Program-made: the position numbers and the translations under genes
Shown here: positions 29,757 through 39,743 of the stretch, piece by piece
Layout of the letters: the number at the start of each line of letters is the position of its first letter
How positions within the stretch are numbered: position 1 is the stretch's first letter
Notes under the pieces: generated by a model
What the model was told of the DNA's origin: nothing
What the model saw: the letters and a program-made list of their open reading frames with translations, nothing else
Databases searched by the model: none
Virus record (IMG/VR): IMGVR_UViG_3300006056_003323
Origin: an uncultured virus (IMG/VR IMGVR_UViG_3300006056_003323)
Lineage: Duplodnaviria; Heunggongvirae; Uroviricota; Caudoviricetes
DNA length: 64,000 nucleotides
Reading direction: 5' to 3' (one strand)

Positions 29757-30087
29757 CCGCGATGCAAAGTATCCAGACAGCTGTCCTTTCTACGTTTCAG
29801 CCAGCGATGCCGCAGCGGAAGCGAGGAAGAAGGGCCAGCAGGACCCGAGCCGGCCAGCGTTGTTTCTGCGCGCCGCGATCCTCTACGCGATTTCTGCGGA
29901 AGGCGCTCCGGAGCATCTGCCGAAGTGGAGGGTGCGCGTCTGGACTGCCGCGATCACGGTCGCGAGAGATGGTGGCTTTCGATCGTTCGCCGCGACGTTG
30001 GCGAAGAAGCATTTGACGAAGGTCCCCCTCGAGGCCCTGGCGCAGCGCGAGTGGCTCAAGATGGTGCTCGCCGAAGGCGGCTCGTGA
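29749..30087 (+). CDS. helical (TPR-like) hypothetical protein
   Basis: GAGGA RBS; similar to 28804. Confidence 0.65.
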   Translation: MTDRDAKYPDSCPFYVSASDAAAEARKKGQQDPSRPALFLRAAILYAISAEGAPEHLPKWRVRVWTAAITVARDGGFRSFAATLAKKHLTKVPLEALAQREWLKMVLAEGGS

Positions 30088-30103
30088 TACGCTGCTCGTC
30101 GAG

Positions 30104-31060
30104 ATGACGGACTGGGCGAAGTTTTACGGTGTCGACTTCCATGTGTGGAACCGCGTCGTTGGAGTGCAGAGGCACACCCTGGACAGGGTCCTGCTTGCAG
30201 CGGCGCTATGCCCCGAGACGGTCGACAGCCGCAGGGTTTGGCGGCGGCCCAAGAGCGTCTCCGATGCGGTCTCAATGGCCAGCGAGTGCTGGGGAGAGGA
30301 TGCCGAGAGAAGGATCAAAGGCGCGATGCTGTCGTTCTTCTCTTTGTATCGAGAACGAGCAAGCCACCATCTTCTGCTGGCAGCTCGGTTCGACATCCGA
30401 CTCGCTGCATGGCTCGCCGCATGTTACTCCAAGGTGGCCGTCGACACAGCGAAAGAGTCGCCAGAAGCGGTTGCGGGTTCATATCGATTCGCTCTCGAGG
30501 AAGCCGAGGGTCGAATCAACGAGGCTGACCTGATCAGGGCGTCCGATAAGGCCACGCTCGAGATCATGCGCTGGATCAAAGACGGCGAAGTCGACGCCGA
30601 CTACTACCGCAGAATCAAGCCTTTTAGTGGTGGCGTTGACCCTCGGTACGTCTACGTGTTCCGGTCGACGAGCGAGGCTGCCAGCTTCGTCCGATCGTGC
30701 GTAGAGATCATGAGAAGAAAGAGTCTCATGAACGTGTTCTACGACGAGATCAAAACTCGAGGCGTCTTCTTTGAGCCGAGTACATCTCCCGCGGACGAGG
30801 TCCTTGTCGATCCAGAGAGCGCCGGAAGAGAGCTCGAGGACGAGCTGAGGGGTCGGCAGCGTTACCTCGCAAACGCTGAGCTTGATGTGCTTCGGATGCG
30901 AGCGGTAGAGCTGGCGGCGCGCACGTTCCCGATCGAAGAGGCGAGGTCGTCTGGGGCGACGAGGATCGCCTCTCCTCGCATCGCGATGGGCGTGGGTGCG
31001 ATCGCAGGCGCGGTCATCGCTGGATACGCAACCGATCGCAGCGCCTCTCGGCAACGCTGA
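30104..31060 (+). CDS. hypothetical protein with C-terminal hydrophobic anchor
   Basis: 318-aa ORF; IAMGVGAIAGAVIAGYA tail. Confidence 0.7.
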   Translation: MTDWAKFYGVDFHVWNRVVGVQRHTLDRVLLAAALCPETVDSRRVWRRPKSVSDAVSMASECWGEDAERRIKGAMLSFFSLYRERASHHLLLAARFDIRLAAWLAACYSKVAVDTAKESPEAVAGSYRFALEEAEGRINEADLIRASDKATLEIMRWIKDGEVDADYYRRIKPFSGGVDPRYVYVFRSTSEAASFVRSCVEIMRRKSLMNVFYDEIKTRGVFFEPSTSPADEVLVDPESAGRELEDELRGRQRYLANAELDVLRMRAVELAARTFPIEEARSSGATRIASPRIAMGVGAIAGAVIAGYATDRSASRQR

Positions 31061-31116
31061 ATTCAACGAGATCAGCTTGACCGTCACGTCTCGTCGGTGC
31101 TACGGAACGACTGGTC

Positions 31117-31731
31117 ATGAGCGTTTTCATCAGGCTGTTCAACGGGAGAAACTTCGCGCCACAGACCGCGACGGAGTCCGACATCGACCTCTCTGCGATG
31201 GTGCATTCGATCGCGCAGCTTCCGCGGTGGCACGGGCATCAGCGGAGGTTCGTCTCGGTCGCAGAGCACTCCGTGCTGGTCGCGCTCGCGGCGGCGTTCG
31301 ACCTTGGTCGCCCGGATCTCGGCAAGCAGGCTCTCTTGCATGACCTGCACGAGAGCGTCTCGGGGGGAGACGTGCCGGCGCCGTACAAGCGACTGACGGA
31401 GTTTCAGGGGCTCGTGGAGTTCGAAAAAAAGGTCGCTGCGCTCACGCGGCGAACGTTCGGACTGCCGGAAGAGCTCGACGAGCAGGTCCATGTTGCGGAC
31501 CGGATCGTGAGGGCCACGGAGGCGATGACGAACATGGTCGGCAGCCTGGAAGGCTTTGGGCTCACGGAGCTGTCTTCTAGGTTTCTGACGCTGCAGTTTT
31601 GGAGCAGCGAAGAGGCCGAGAAGGGCTTCATGGATCTGTTCCATAAGATCTCGGTCGACGAGGCTCGAGGAGGAGCGCCGACATGGCACAAAACGATGGT
31701 GTGGGACTACCCGAGTCTCGCGATCTGGTGA
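31117..31731 (+). CDS. HD-domain 5'-deoxynucleotidase (YfbR-like)
   Basis: PRWHGH...SVAEHSV...LLHDLHE...GDVPAPYK...AD. Confidence 0.88.
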   Translation: MSVFIRLFNGRNFAPQTATESDIDLSAMVHSIAQLPRWHGHQRRFVSVAEHSVLVALAAAFDLGRPDLGKQALLHDLHESVSGGDVPAPYKRLTEFQGLVEFEKKVAALTRRTFGLPEELDEQVHVADRIVRATEAMTNMVGSLEGFGLTELSSRFLTLQFWSSEEAEKGFMDLFHKISVDEARGGAPTWHKTMVWDYPSLAIW

Positions 31732-31865
31732 CGGACGAGTCTCTTCGCGAAGAAGTGGCGAAGAGGCTCGAGAGGAAGCGATCGGCACGCTTCGAGAAGC
31801 AAGTCGAGCCGCGATACGACCATCTCTTTTGGAAGAGCCTCGCGTGGCTGAACGAAAACGGCTGA
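31728..31865 (+). CDS. small hypothetical protein
   Basis: GTGA overlap (MTDESLREE...). Confidence 0.5.
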   Translation: MTDESLREEVAKRLERKRSARFEKQVEPRYDHLFWKSLAWLNENG

Positions 31866-31884
31866 GCAACACACAGGAGATAGC

Positions 31885-32892
31885 GTGAGCAGGAAGAGCG
31901 CAGAAGAGCTGTTTCGAGGGATGCAGTCCCTGTCGGACAGCATGGTCGGGATGGTTTACAGGCACGTGGAGTCTGGCGTCGAGTACGTCGTCGAGAGCGT
32001 CGGGCTCGACGAAGAGGATCCCTCGAGGCGCGTCGTGACGTACCGCGAGCTCAACACGATGCACGCATGGACGCGACACTTCGAGAAGTTCGTCGACGGC
32101 CGATACGAGCCAGTGAAGAGAGACGCTCGTACCCGAGATGAGCTGATCTTGAGGGAAGAACAACAAGGCCGTGTTCTGTCTCACCGCCGGAGGGTCACCG
32201 AGATCCCCTTCTGTTTCGCCGCTCAGGGGGCCGATGGTGGGCCGGAGCCGGATCAGATCGTCACAACCGCGGGCTGCAGCGGGTACGATCTTCGCCGCCT
32301 GGCGCCGGTGCAATGGCACCGTGACCCCTCTTGGTTCATCTCGTCGGACCAGAGGTATGCTGATCCGGACGGCAGAAGCATCCGTCGAGAAACGGGTGGC
32401 TTTGGTCAAAAACCAGAGATGTACCACGTCACCATCACCTTCGACGTGAAGGTGTATCAAGAGTCGTTCGCCTCGCACATGATGGAAGCGCTCCGATCAG
32501 AAGACACGCAGCGCTACTTCGATCGCAAGAGCGGAGCCGCCGATATCCTCAAAGAGCTCGTCGATCTGGGCGTCGAGACGGACATGGACGCGGCACGCAG
32601 GCTGGCCAAGCACCCCGCGGTCGTGAAGCAGATCCATGCGATCTTGCAGGCCGTCGATGGTGGTCGCGAGAACCAAAACGCGCGCGTCTGGCTCGAGATG
32701 GACGAACGAGGCAACAAGTGGACGGGTCACGACGAGACGTTCCTCTTGTGGGCCAAGCTCGAGGAGAGCGAAGAGGGCTTGTTCGAACAGAAAAAGCATC
32801 GCATCAAAGAAAAGGTCTCCTCGCTGTTTGCTGCAGAAGACCTCGTCGATGACGGGCATCTGTTCTTCGGCGTCTCGAGGAAGTCATGCTGA
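31885..32892 (+). CDS. multidomain protein with N-terminal DUF1653-like domain
   Basis: YRHVESGVEYVV...VVTYREL...WTRHFEKF...RYE. Confidence 0.7.
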   Translation: MSRKSAEELFRGMQSLSDSMVGMVYRHVESGVEYVVESVGLDEEDPSRRVVTYRELNTMHAWTRHFEKFVDGRYEPVKRDARTRDELILREEQQGRVLSHRRRVTEIPFCFAAQGADGGPEPDQIVTTAGCSGYDLRRLAPVQWHRDPSWFISSDQRYADPDGRSIRRETGGFGQKPEMYHVTITFDVKVYQESFASHMMEALRSEDTQRYFDRKSGAADILKELVDLGVETDMDAARRLAKHPAVVKQIHAILQAVDGGRENQNARVWLEMDERGNKWTGHDETFLLWAKLEESEEGLFEQKKHRIKEKVSSLFAAEDLVDDGHLFFGVSRKSC

Positions 32893-33098
32893 AGGTCAGC
32901 CTCCGTGAATATGTCTCCGCGTGGGGGGAGGTGCGGATCGTCGCCGAAGGCGTCGACGCAAACGGCGTCAAACGCATCGTCGACCTGGTCGATCGATCTC
33001 GGAGGGGCAAGCTTGTCGTCGACCCAGTCGATCCTTCTCAGAGGGGGAAGCCCGGCGATCGTGAAGGCAAGAAGCGCTGGATCAAGGTGAAGGCGTGA
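32886..33098 (+). CDS. small hypothetical protein
   Basis: GAGG RBS; GTGA overlap. Confidence 0.6.
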   Translation: MLKVSLREYVSAWGEVRIVAEGVDANGVKRIVDLVDRSRRGKLVVDPVDPSQRGKPGDREGKKRWIKVKA

Positions 33099-34079
33099 GC
33101 GAGAAATACCTGCCCGAGGACGTGCGGCGCTGGGGCCAAGAAGAGCACCGACGCAAGCTCGAGAAGCGGGCGGCAGATCTCAGGCAAACGCTGAGCAAGC
33201 CGCATCCGCCCTATCGGCGTCGAGAGATCGACTGCGACGAAACCCAGCGGCACTACGACGAGTATCCGTGGATGGCCAGCAGGCCGATCTCGGGCTACTC
33301 GAAGTACGAGACCCATCCAGGGTCCCACTGCTTCTCGATTGAGCTGCCCGCATCGTACCTGGGGCTCGACGAGAAGGAGTTCGTCTGGAAGTGCCAGTTC
33401 TGCGGGGCGCTCATGGTCTCGGACATCGACGACGTGCAGAAGAGGCCGTGCCCCGACGAGCCTACTGCCATCATTTCGTGGGTTCACAAGCTCCTCGAGA
33501 TCATTATGGCTCTGCCTCATGCCCGATGCCGAGCAGCCTCCTCCGGCTTCAAAGCCGTTCCCTCGCCCGAAGCATGGATCCCCAACAACCTATGCCGAGC
33601 TCGAGGAGAAGCTCCATCGCTTGAAATCGGTTGCTCGATCCGACCGAGAATGCCCATGTTGCGGTGTAGACCCGGAGCCGGTCCACTACGCGATCGCCTG
33701 TCTCGATGAAGCCAAGCTCGAAGCTCGTGCCGTCGAGTACGTCGAGCTGATCAACGGCTTTCTCGAGTGCGGGGACATCTCGCTCGACCATCACCTGTTC
33801 TGGTCGCCAGGTACGTGCTCGTTTCGCTTCAGCTTCTCTGGAAAGCTCGAGAGCTGGTTCGTCCCCCGATCGGACGGAAGAGGCGCCGTTCGCGTCGAAC
33901 CTCGAGGAGACGAGTTCTACGTGCAGGAGCTCGACTCCGGGGAAGACGTCGTCACCAACGACTGGGAAGCGGGGGTGGCTCTGGTCAGCGCGCTCGCGCT
34001 GCCGATCATCGAGGCGCGGGACGCCCGGATCGCGCGAGAGCAGGCCAGACGAGAAAAAGACGGCTCGGCAGCAAAGTAG
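33095..34079 (+). CDS. hypothetical Zn-binding protein with probable frameshift near 33520 (or two genes, second starting at 33519)
   Basis: Protein-like coding switches frame at CATGCCCGATGCC. Confidence 0.5.
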
Positions 34080-34281
34080 TTGCCGTACGCGAAAGGCTGC
34101 CGTATCTTCATGAACGCCGGTTGGCGTTGGTGTGCCGAGAACGAAGGGTGTTGCTGAACACAGCATCCCGTCAAACTCCGCGAGGACGCGACGATCTTTC
34201 CGCACACTGACTGGGCCGAGACCTGATCCGAAGTATTGTTGCTCTTCGGGTCAAGTCTTGGTCCGCTATTGCTGAGAGCGG

Positions 34282-34962
34282 ATGCGCGACTCTGTCGTCG
34301 GCGGGCGAGCAGAGATAGGATCAGCGATCATGCGCGATCGCGACAACTTGTCGGCCTCTGCAACGGAGATGCTGCGAAGGCAGCTGCTCGACTGCGGCAG
34401 GGCCAGGGATGCGGACGACTACTACGGATACTCGATGGAGCAGCTCTCGCTCCTCGGGGACGACATCCGTCAGGGGAGACGATCCTCGTGGGTGGTCAAC
34501 GTCGGAGAGTCGGTCAAGATCGACCCCGACCTCGTGCGTCCCGTGGAGGGAAACCTGTTCGACGCAAGGAAGCTGACGGCCGTCGCGTGCGCCGTGATGA
34601 GCGGCGGGTCTCCGACCTTCGGCGCCGGCTACGGAGACGTTTCTCTCGTCGAGGCCAGGGACATCGAAGAGGACCAAGCCTACTTCGATGAGCACTACGA
34701 CAGGTTTTCGATGCGACCTCTCGACAAGCGCGACCTCGGCAAGCTCCGCTTCCAGGTGCGCGACGGGAATCACCGCGTGTTTGGTTCCTTGCTCGGAGGC
34801 GAGACGGATGTCTGGATGAACTTGACCAGTGCACAGGCTCAAGACATGAGGCAGTATCGTCGCGAAGCTCAGAAGCACAACAAGCGAGAGCTAGCCAAGA
34901 TCTTCGGGAAGGGCCACGTCAAGCTGATGGAGGCGCTCCTCGAGGAGACATCGAAGGGTTGA
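34282..34962 (+). CDS. ParB/Srx-like N-terminal domain protein
   Basis: FQVRDGNHRVFGSLLGGE motif. Confidence 0.6.
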   Translation: MRDSVVGGRAEIGSAIMRDRDNLSASATEMLRRQLLDCGRARDADDYYGYSMEQLSLLGDDIRQGRRSSWVVNVGESVKIDPDLVRPVEGNLFDARKLTAVACAVMSGGSPTFGAGYGDVSLVEARDIEEDQAYFDEHYDRFSMRPLDKRDLGKLRFQVRDGNHRVFGSLLGGETDVWMNLTSAQAQDMRQYRREAQKHNKRELAKIFGKGHVKLMEALLEETSKG

Positions 34963-34966
34963 TAGC

Positions 34967-35419
34967 GTGGGCGAAGAGCAAGAGACAGGGATGGAGTGCT
35001 TCGAGTGCGGAGAGATGAAGGGCGTGCACAACTACTTCTCTCACGCGCCGCCGACGTGCCGAGCATGCCAGAAGCACTTCTTTGCGTTCGAGGTCACGGA
35101 CGAAGCCAAGCTCGACGAGCTCGCCGAAGAGGCTCGAGGACGTGGGGTCCGGGTCGATGTGGCCTCGGTCGCCATGGCGAAGAAGCTGATCGCGAAGCTG
35201 TACGCGTTTCACCCGGACGACGTTCGAGTCAACGATGCTGGCTGCGTGGTCTTCCAGTGGTCTGAGCCTCGAGTGCTCGAGCTCGAGGTCGAGGCGGTGG
35301 AGCGCGGTTTTTGGGTGCGGCCATGGGGCCTGAGCCGAGAGGGGTTCGAAGCGCCGGCTGCTGCAAAGGAACGCATCCGAGAGATCATCATGGCCGCCGG
35401 CGACAGGGGAATTCCGTGA
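34967..35419 (+). CDS. Zn finger plus 'GxxxxxW' domain protein
   Basis: CFEC...CRAC; C-terminal domain like 35416. Confidence 0.65.
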   Translation: MGEEQETGMECFECGEMKGVHNYFSHAPPTCRACQKHFFAFEVTDEAKLDELAEEARGRGVRVDVASVAMAKKLIAKLYAFHPDDVRVNDAGCVVFQWSEPRVLELEVEAVERGFWVRPWGLSREGFEAPAAAKERIREIIMAAGDRGIP

Positions 35420-35811
35420 GCAATCAACAGAAGAAACGATGGACCGCCGCCGACGTGGACGCCGCCGCGGCTGAGCCGAAGGAAGGGTGGGAGGCCAGCG
35501 ATCGGAGCGAGGTTCCTCCGGAGGCCGTGTCTGAAGCCAAGGCCCTGCTGCGGCTCCTCGACGACACGATGCCAGACGTCGTCGACTGGGACGCCCATGG
35601 CGGCATCTGGCTCGAGTGGACTTCGCCGGGGCTGAACCTGTCCGTGTCGGTTTTCAAGACGATCACGATCCTGATCGCAGACTACGGATCCAAACACGAG
35701 TCGTACCGGTCGACGATCACACAAGAGACCGCAGATGGCGTTCGGTCTGTTCTCTGGCTGCACGAGCTCGAGCAGAAGCGAAAGCGAGAGCAGGAGAAGG
35801 AGACGTCATGA
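35416..35811 (+). CDS. hypothetical protein
   Basis: GTGA overlap; PDVVDWDAHGGIWLEW. Confidence 0.7.
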   Translation: MSNQQKKRWTAADVDAAAAEPKEGWEASDRSEVPPEAVSEAKALLRLLDDTMPDVVDWDAHGGIWLEWTSPGLNLSVSVFKTITILIADYGSKHESYRSTITQETADGVRSVLWLHELEQKRKREQEKETS

Positions 35812-36041
35812 TCACGAGGTCCATGCTCGCGGTGTACTTGTCGATCCTCCGGGACGAGAAGCAGGTCTCCGCCGGAGAGCCAGGTCAAGAACCGAAGCCC
35901 CGACCTTCGGCGCCAGCGCATGCTCCGCACCCTTTGCCGGAGATCGACCTCCAGGCGGAGTGGCTTCCATATGACGGCGCCACATCTCGCAAAGAACGGC
36001 GCGCGCAGGCGCGGAAGAAGAAGCGAGGTCGCTTCTCGTAG
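35808..36041 (+). CDS. small basic protein
   Basis: AAGGAG RBS; ATGA overlap. Confidence 0.6.
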   Translation: MITRSMLAVYLSILRDEKQVSAGEPGQEPKPRPSAPAHAPHPLPEIDLQAEWLPYDGATSRKERRAQARKKKRGRFS

Positions 36042-36104
36042 GAGAGTGTTGATGGTAAACGTTCTCGCTTGATTCGCGCTGCGCGAGGGGGTATGGAGAA
36101 GCGC

Positions 36105-36574
36105 ATGAGCGATGCATCGAAGCAGTTCAGCGAGCAAGCGTACCTCATCGTCCTCAAGGGAGGAGACGAGGAGAACCATGAAGACGTGCTGCTCTCTCTC
36201 GGGCCGTCTCTTCTTTCGTCGCATACAAAGCGCAGATGACAGGCATAGTTGTGATGGTTGTCGATCCAAGGAACACCTCCCGTACGTGTCCTGCGTGCGG
36301 GCATTGCGAGCGCGCGAACCGATGGAGCCAAGCAGGATTCAAGTGTAAGTCGTGTGGGTTCGAGCAGCATGCCGACGTGGTAGCCGCAAAGAACATCGCG
36401 CGCAGGGCCGCAGTCAATCGGCCTATCGTGTCGGGTGCTGACGCAGGGAATACCGAGACTCTTCATCGGGAACCTCTGCCGAGCCTAGACGCAAGCCTCG
36501 GGCTTTAGCCCGAGGTGGTTGACACCGCGGCGGATCTCTTCCGGCTCGCGAAGCTGCGCGCGGCGGAAGCCTGA
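36105..36574 (+). pseudogene. small gene apparently interrupted by the tnpB remnant
   Basis: MSDASKQF...LLSLGPSL left of the insert; TAADLFRLAKLRAAEA* right of it. Confidence 0.4.
36212..36523 (+). mobile_element. tnpB: IS200/IS605-family remnant: tnpB 3' end plus right end
   Basis: FVAYKAQMTGIVV..VDPRNTSRTCPACG...FKCKSCG...HADVVAAKNI; hairpin CCTCGGGCT-TT-AGCCCGAGG followed by TGGTTGAC. Confidence 0.88.
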
Positions 36575-36629
36575 GCAGGCTCCGCGAGTACCGACGAGAC
36601 CCCCAAGATCGAGCCCGGAGACCCGAACC

Positions 36630-37403
36630 GTGTACAAGCCGGAACCAAAAGACGAGAAGCGAGCAGTCGATGCGATCAGGAGACGTATCCTAGATCTGCC
36701 AAGAGAGCAGGTGTCGGCGTGGATGGAAGCACACGACAGCGACGGTCGATCTGGGTTTCCGCTCGAGATCGAGACGTGTCACCTCTGGACGCCAGAGCAT
36801 CTCGACAGCGTTCGCGTTGCCCTGATCGAGCGGGTGATGAGCTTCTCTGATCCTCTGGATGCGCAGGCCATGCTGTGGTGCTTGGGTCCGGTGATGAGGA
36901 TCGTCTCGAGTTCGGCGATCGCCGTTGCCATGGCGAGAAACGGTCGGCGGCGGGCTCAGCATACAGGGAACGTCGCAGCGTCCGCCGATGACATCGACGC
37001 CAATAGAATCGCCAAAAGAACGTTGGAGGAAAACGCAGACCTCGTCGAAATCGCAGCGACAGAGATCCAGAGATGTCTGCTGTCCGGCAGCGTCACGTCG
37101 CCGGAGATGAGGAGACGGATGTGCGAAGCTGACTTGGCTGGGTACTCATCGGCCGATCTTGCTCAGCAGTGTCTCTTTGAAGTAGACGACGTCATTGCGC
37201 CGAGCCCGTTTCGTCGAGTCATTCCATGGCTAACGCTGCATATCGACATGCTTTCCAAGTGGGCCAAATTCTCCTTGGACAAAAGCGAGCGGGTCGGCAA
37301 GTACGGGTGCGCGTCTGGCATCGCGAGAGCGAAGAGCGACCTCGCAGGATCCGTCGCAGACGGGCTCGAGGCATGTTTTGCCGTCTACGGGAATCGTCGA
37401 TGA
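36630..37403 (+). CDS. WTPExR-family protein
   Basis: LPREQVSAWME...LWTPEHLDSVRVAL; GGAG RBS. Confidence 0.75.
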   Translation: MYKPEPKDEKRAVDAIRRRILDLPREQVSAWMEAHDSDGRSGFPLEIETCHLWTPEHLDSVRVALIERVMSFSDPLDAQAMLWCLGPVMRIVSSSAIAVAMARNGRRRAQHTGNVAASADDIDANRIAKRTLEENADLVEIAATEIQRCLLSGSVTSPEMRRRMCEADLAGYSSADLAQQCLFEVDDVIAPSPFRRVIPWLTLHIDMLSKWAKFSLDKSERVGKYGCASGIARAKSDLAGSVADGLEACFAVYGNRR

Positions 37404-38122
37404 AGTTCATGCAGATCGTTGCAGACCGCATAAGCTGCATGCCGCCGGAGCAGCTTCGCGAGTGGAAAGAGATCCACGGGATGAAGGAGGCGGCGCCGGT
37501 GACATCCGTCGACCTGTCGCGCCTCGAGCAGTGGACGCCTGAGCATCGAGAGATCGTGATCGCGGCGCTTCAGGACGCCTGCTTCCGCTGGGAGAGCGAG
37601 CCGGACACGTACCCGGAAGCAGCCGACATCATGGAGGGGCTGTCTGCGGTCGACTTCCGCATCGCGAGAATCTGCTCGATTCAGTCTTGTCGATCGTTTT
37701 TGCCTTGGTTCCACGATGGCAACGGAGGCCGAGAAGCAGCACTCTGGGTGATCGAGAAATCCTCGAGGAAGATCGCAAACAGGACGTTCTCTGGATGCTC
37801 GAACATCGAGAGGCTTCAGACGTGGGTGAGCAACGACGACCCGCGCAAACACGCTCATCTCGCATCGATGCTTCTGTGGAACCTGTCGTCTCCCATCCAG
37901 GTCTCGAAGAGGCCAGCGAAGACGGATCTGGTCAAGACGCTCGTCGAGGACGGAGGGAATTGGTCAGACGTTCACATCGTGGAAAACCTATGCGATCCAG
38001 ACGCGAAGACGATCACCGACATGGCGTCCTTCTTCAGGAAGAAGCACGCGAGGACCATCGGCGAAGCCATCTCTCTGTGCTTCGATTTGATCGACAGCGA
38101 GAGACAAGGGAAGAAGCGATGA
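37400..38122 (+). CDS. WTPExR-family protein
   Basis: MPPEQLREWKE...QWTPEHREIVIAALQD. Confidence 0.78.
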   Translation: MKFMQIVADRISCMPPEQLREWKEIHGMKEAAPVTSVDLSRLEQWTPEHREIVIAALQDACFRWESEPDTYPEAADIMEGLSAVDFRIARICSIQSCRSFLPWFHDGNGGREAALWVIEKSSRKIANRTFSGCSNIERLQTWVSNDDPRKHAHLASMLLWNLSSPIQVSKRPAKTDLVKTLVEDGGNWSDVHIVENLCDPDAKTITDMASFFRKKHARTIGEAISLCFDLIDSERQGKKR

Positions 38123-38268
38123 AGACGCCGCCGACGAGGCCGATGACGCCGAGAGAGATCGAGCTGTTCGTTGAGATTCCTGCCGATCTCGATCGGCTGC
38201 GAGAGCGCGTGAGATCGACGCTGCGCGACTGCGTGAGCGCCAAGGAAGCTTTGGACAAGGCAAAATAG
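38119..38268 (+). CDS. small hypothetical protein
   Basis: ATGA overlap. Confidence 0.55.
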   Translation: MKTPPTRPMTPREIELFVEIPADLDRLRERVRSTLRDCVSAKEALDKAK

Positions 38269-38273
38269 TCGCC

Positions 38274-38612
38274 TTGATGCAGTGCCCAACGGCGATGATC
38301 GTGACAGGGCTGATCGTGATCGCCTGCGTGCTCTACGGGCCGAAGGCGAACTACGTCGCGTGGTTCTCCGTCTGCGCATGCGCCATATTCTTGATCTTCC
38401 GCTACGGCAGGGTCTTGCAGATGGAGAACCGTCTTGTGAGGCTGCTCGTCAAGATCGAAGACGAAGAGCAGCAGCACGTCGCACGGTGGAATCAGTTTCA
38501 CGAAGGGTCTCGAGACTACTTTGCGCAGTTCGGGATCAAGCTCGAGGACCTTCCGAATATCAGCGACGAATACCACAGGCGCGCCTCCGAAGACAATCTC
38601 AGCCAGAACTAG
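38274..38612 (+). CDS. 2-TM membrane protein
   Basis: Two hydrophobic segments. Confidence 0.65.
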   Translation: MMQCPTAMIVTGLIVIACVLYGPKANYVAWFSVCACAIFLIFRYGRVLQMENRLVRLLVKIEDEEQQHVARWNQFHEGSRDYFAQFGIKLEDLPNISDEYHRRASEDNLSQN

Positions 38613-38624
38613 AGGAGCAACAAG

Positions 38625-38987
38625 ATGGAAAGACAACACGGATATCGAGAAGCCTGTCAGCAGTGCGCTGAGAACAGGTCCCGGCGAGAGGAGGCCGAGA
38701 GGCAACTGGCAGAGATTGTGCAGAGCGAAGAGTTTGCATCCTACAAGCGATACGCCTCGTCGTTCGCGCATACGGACGCATGGGGGAGGATGAAGCCCGT
38801 GGCGAGCGCCTGGTTGATCTTTCTCTCGTTGGGGACGATCGCGTGCGCCTTCGGAGCTCACTCGGCATACGCCGAGTCAAAGTGGGGAAAGCTCTTGTTC
38901 TACGTGTTCGCCATACTCTGCAACGTCATCACCTTTGAACGCGCGATCGTGAAGGTGAAAGCCGAGAGAGCTCGGAAGGGCCTCTAG
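38625..38987 (+). CDS. 2-TM membrane protein
   Basis: GAGGAG RBS; two hydrophobic segments. Confidence 0.7.
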   Translation: MERQHGYREACQQCAENRSRREEAERQLAEIVQSEEFASYKRYASSFAHTDAWGRMKPVASAWLIFLSLGTIACAFGAHSAYAESKWGKLLFYVFAILCNVITFERAIVKVKAERARKGL

Positions 38988-39064
38988 GAAAACGACGCGC
39001 CAGCTTGACCGCCGATCATCCTGTCGTGTATCAGTTCATCAGAGAAAGAAGAAGGAGATCCGCG

Positions 39065-39742
39065 TTGGAAAAGAAGCAGGTCTATGTCATGCTGCCTCAG
39101 GGGCATCCGCTCCAGAAGCAGCTTGGCAACGATGGGGTCTCGCGGGGATCGGATCCATTCGCCTACAAGCCGGCTTATCGCGTCCAGGATCAGCACAGAG
39201 ATAACACTCATTTCTGCGCGTCGGTGAAAGAAGCTGTCAGGCATGCGGTCCAAGGATGGGCCAAGGTCAAGAGCGCAAGCCAGGTGAGCATCATGACCAG
39301 CGTGGAGATGGACCAACCGCTGATCGAGCAGCGGCGAGCTATCTTGACCAAGAAGCTCATGGCTGTCATGAACGAGGTTCTGCCGGACGCGATCGAGACA
39401 CAGCCGAGTCTCTGGGAACACGTGAACAAGATGATCAACGGAGACACGCTCGTTATCGGCAGCGTGATCCCCGACGACGTGGTGCAAGCGTTGATCGACC
39501 TCGAGATCGACGACGGGATCAGCAAGAAGGCCGGAGTCACGGGCTCGTCGTTCATGGTCGAAGGCATGCAGAGGATGCTCAAGAGCATCGAGGACGAAGC
39601 CTGCAGCTTCGGCGGCGACCCGGCGCAAGAGAGCGCGGCGAAGAGGCTCCTCGAGCGCGCGAGGCAGGCGATCGCGCAAGAGGAAAACAAGGGTTCGTTG
39701 GCTGCGTCCGTCTCCGACGGCAACGGGAAAGAGGAGAAGTAG
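39065..39742 (+). CDS. hypothetical protein
   Basis: AAGGAG RBS before TTG; TTGACC-18-TATCAG promoter-like sequence at 39005. Confidence 0.7.
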   Translation: MEKKQVYVMLPQGHPLQKQLGNDGVSRGSDPFAYKPAYRVQDQHRDNTHFCASVKEAVRHAVQGWAKVKSASQVSIMTSVEMDQPLIEQRRAILTKKLMAVMNEVLPDAIETQPSLWEHVNKMINGDTLVIGSVIPDDVVQALIDLEIDDGISKKAGVTGSSFMVEGMQRMLKSIEDEACSFGGDPAQESAAKRLLERARQAIAQEENKGSLAASVSDGNGKEEK

Positions 39743-39743
39743 C

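Noticed and set aside
34080..34280. 200-nt intergenic region as tRNA/ncRNA
   Set aside because: No cloverleaf or recognisable RNA motif; only weak palindromes.
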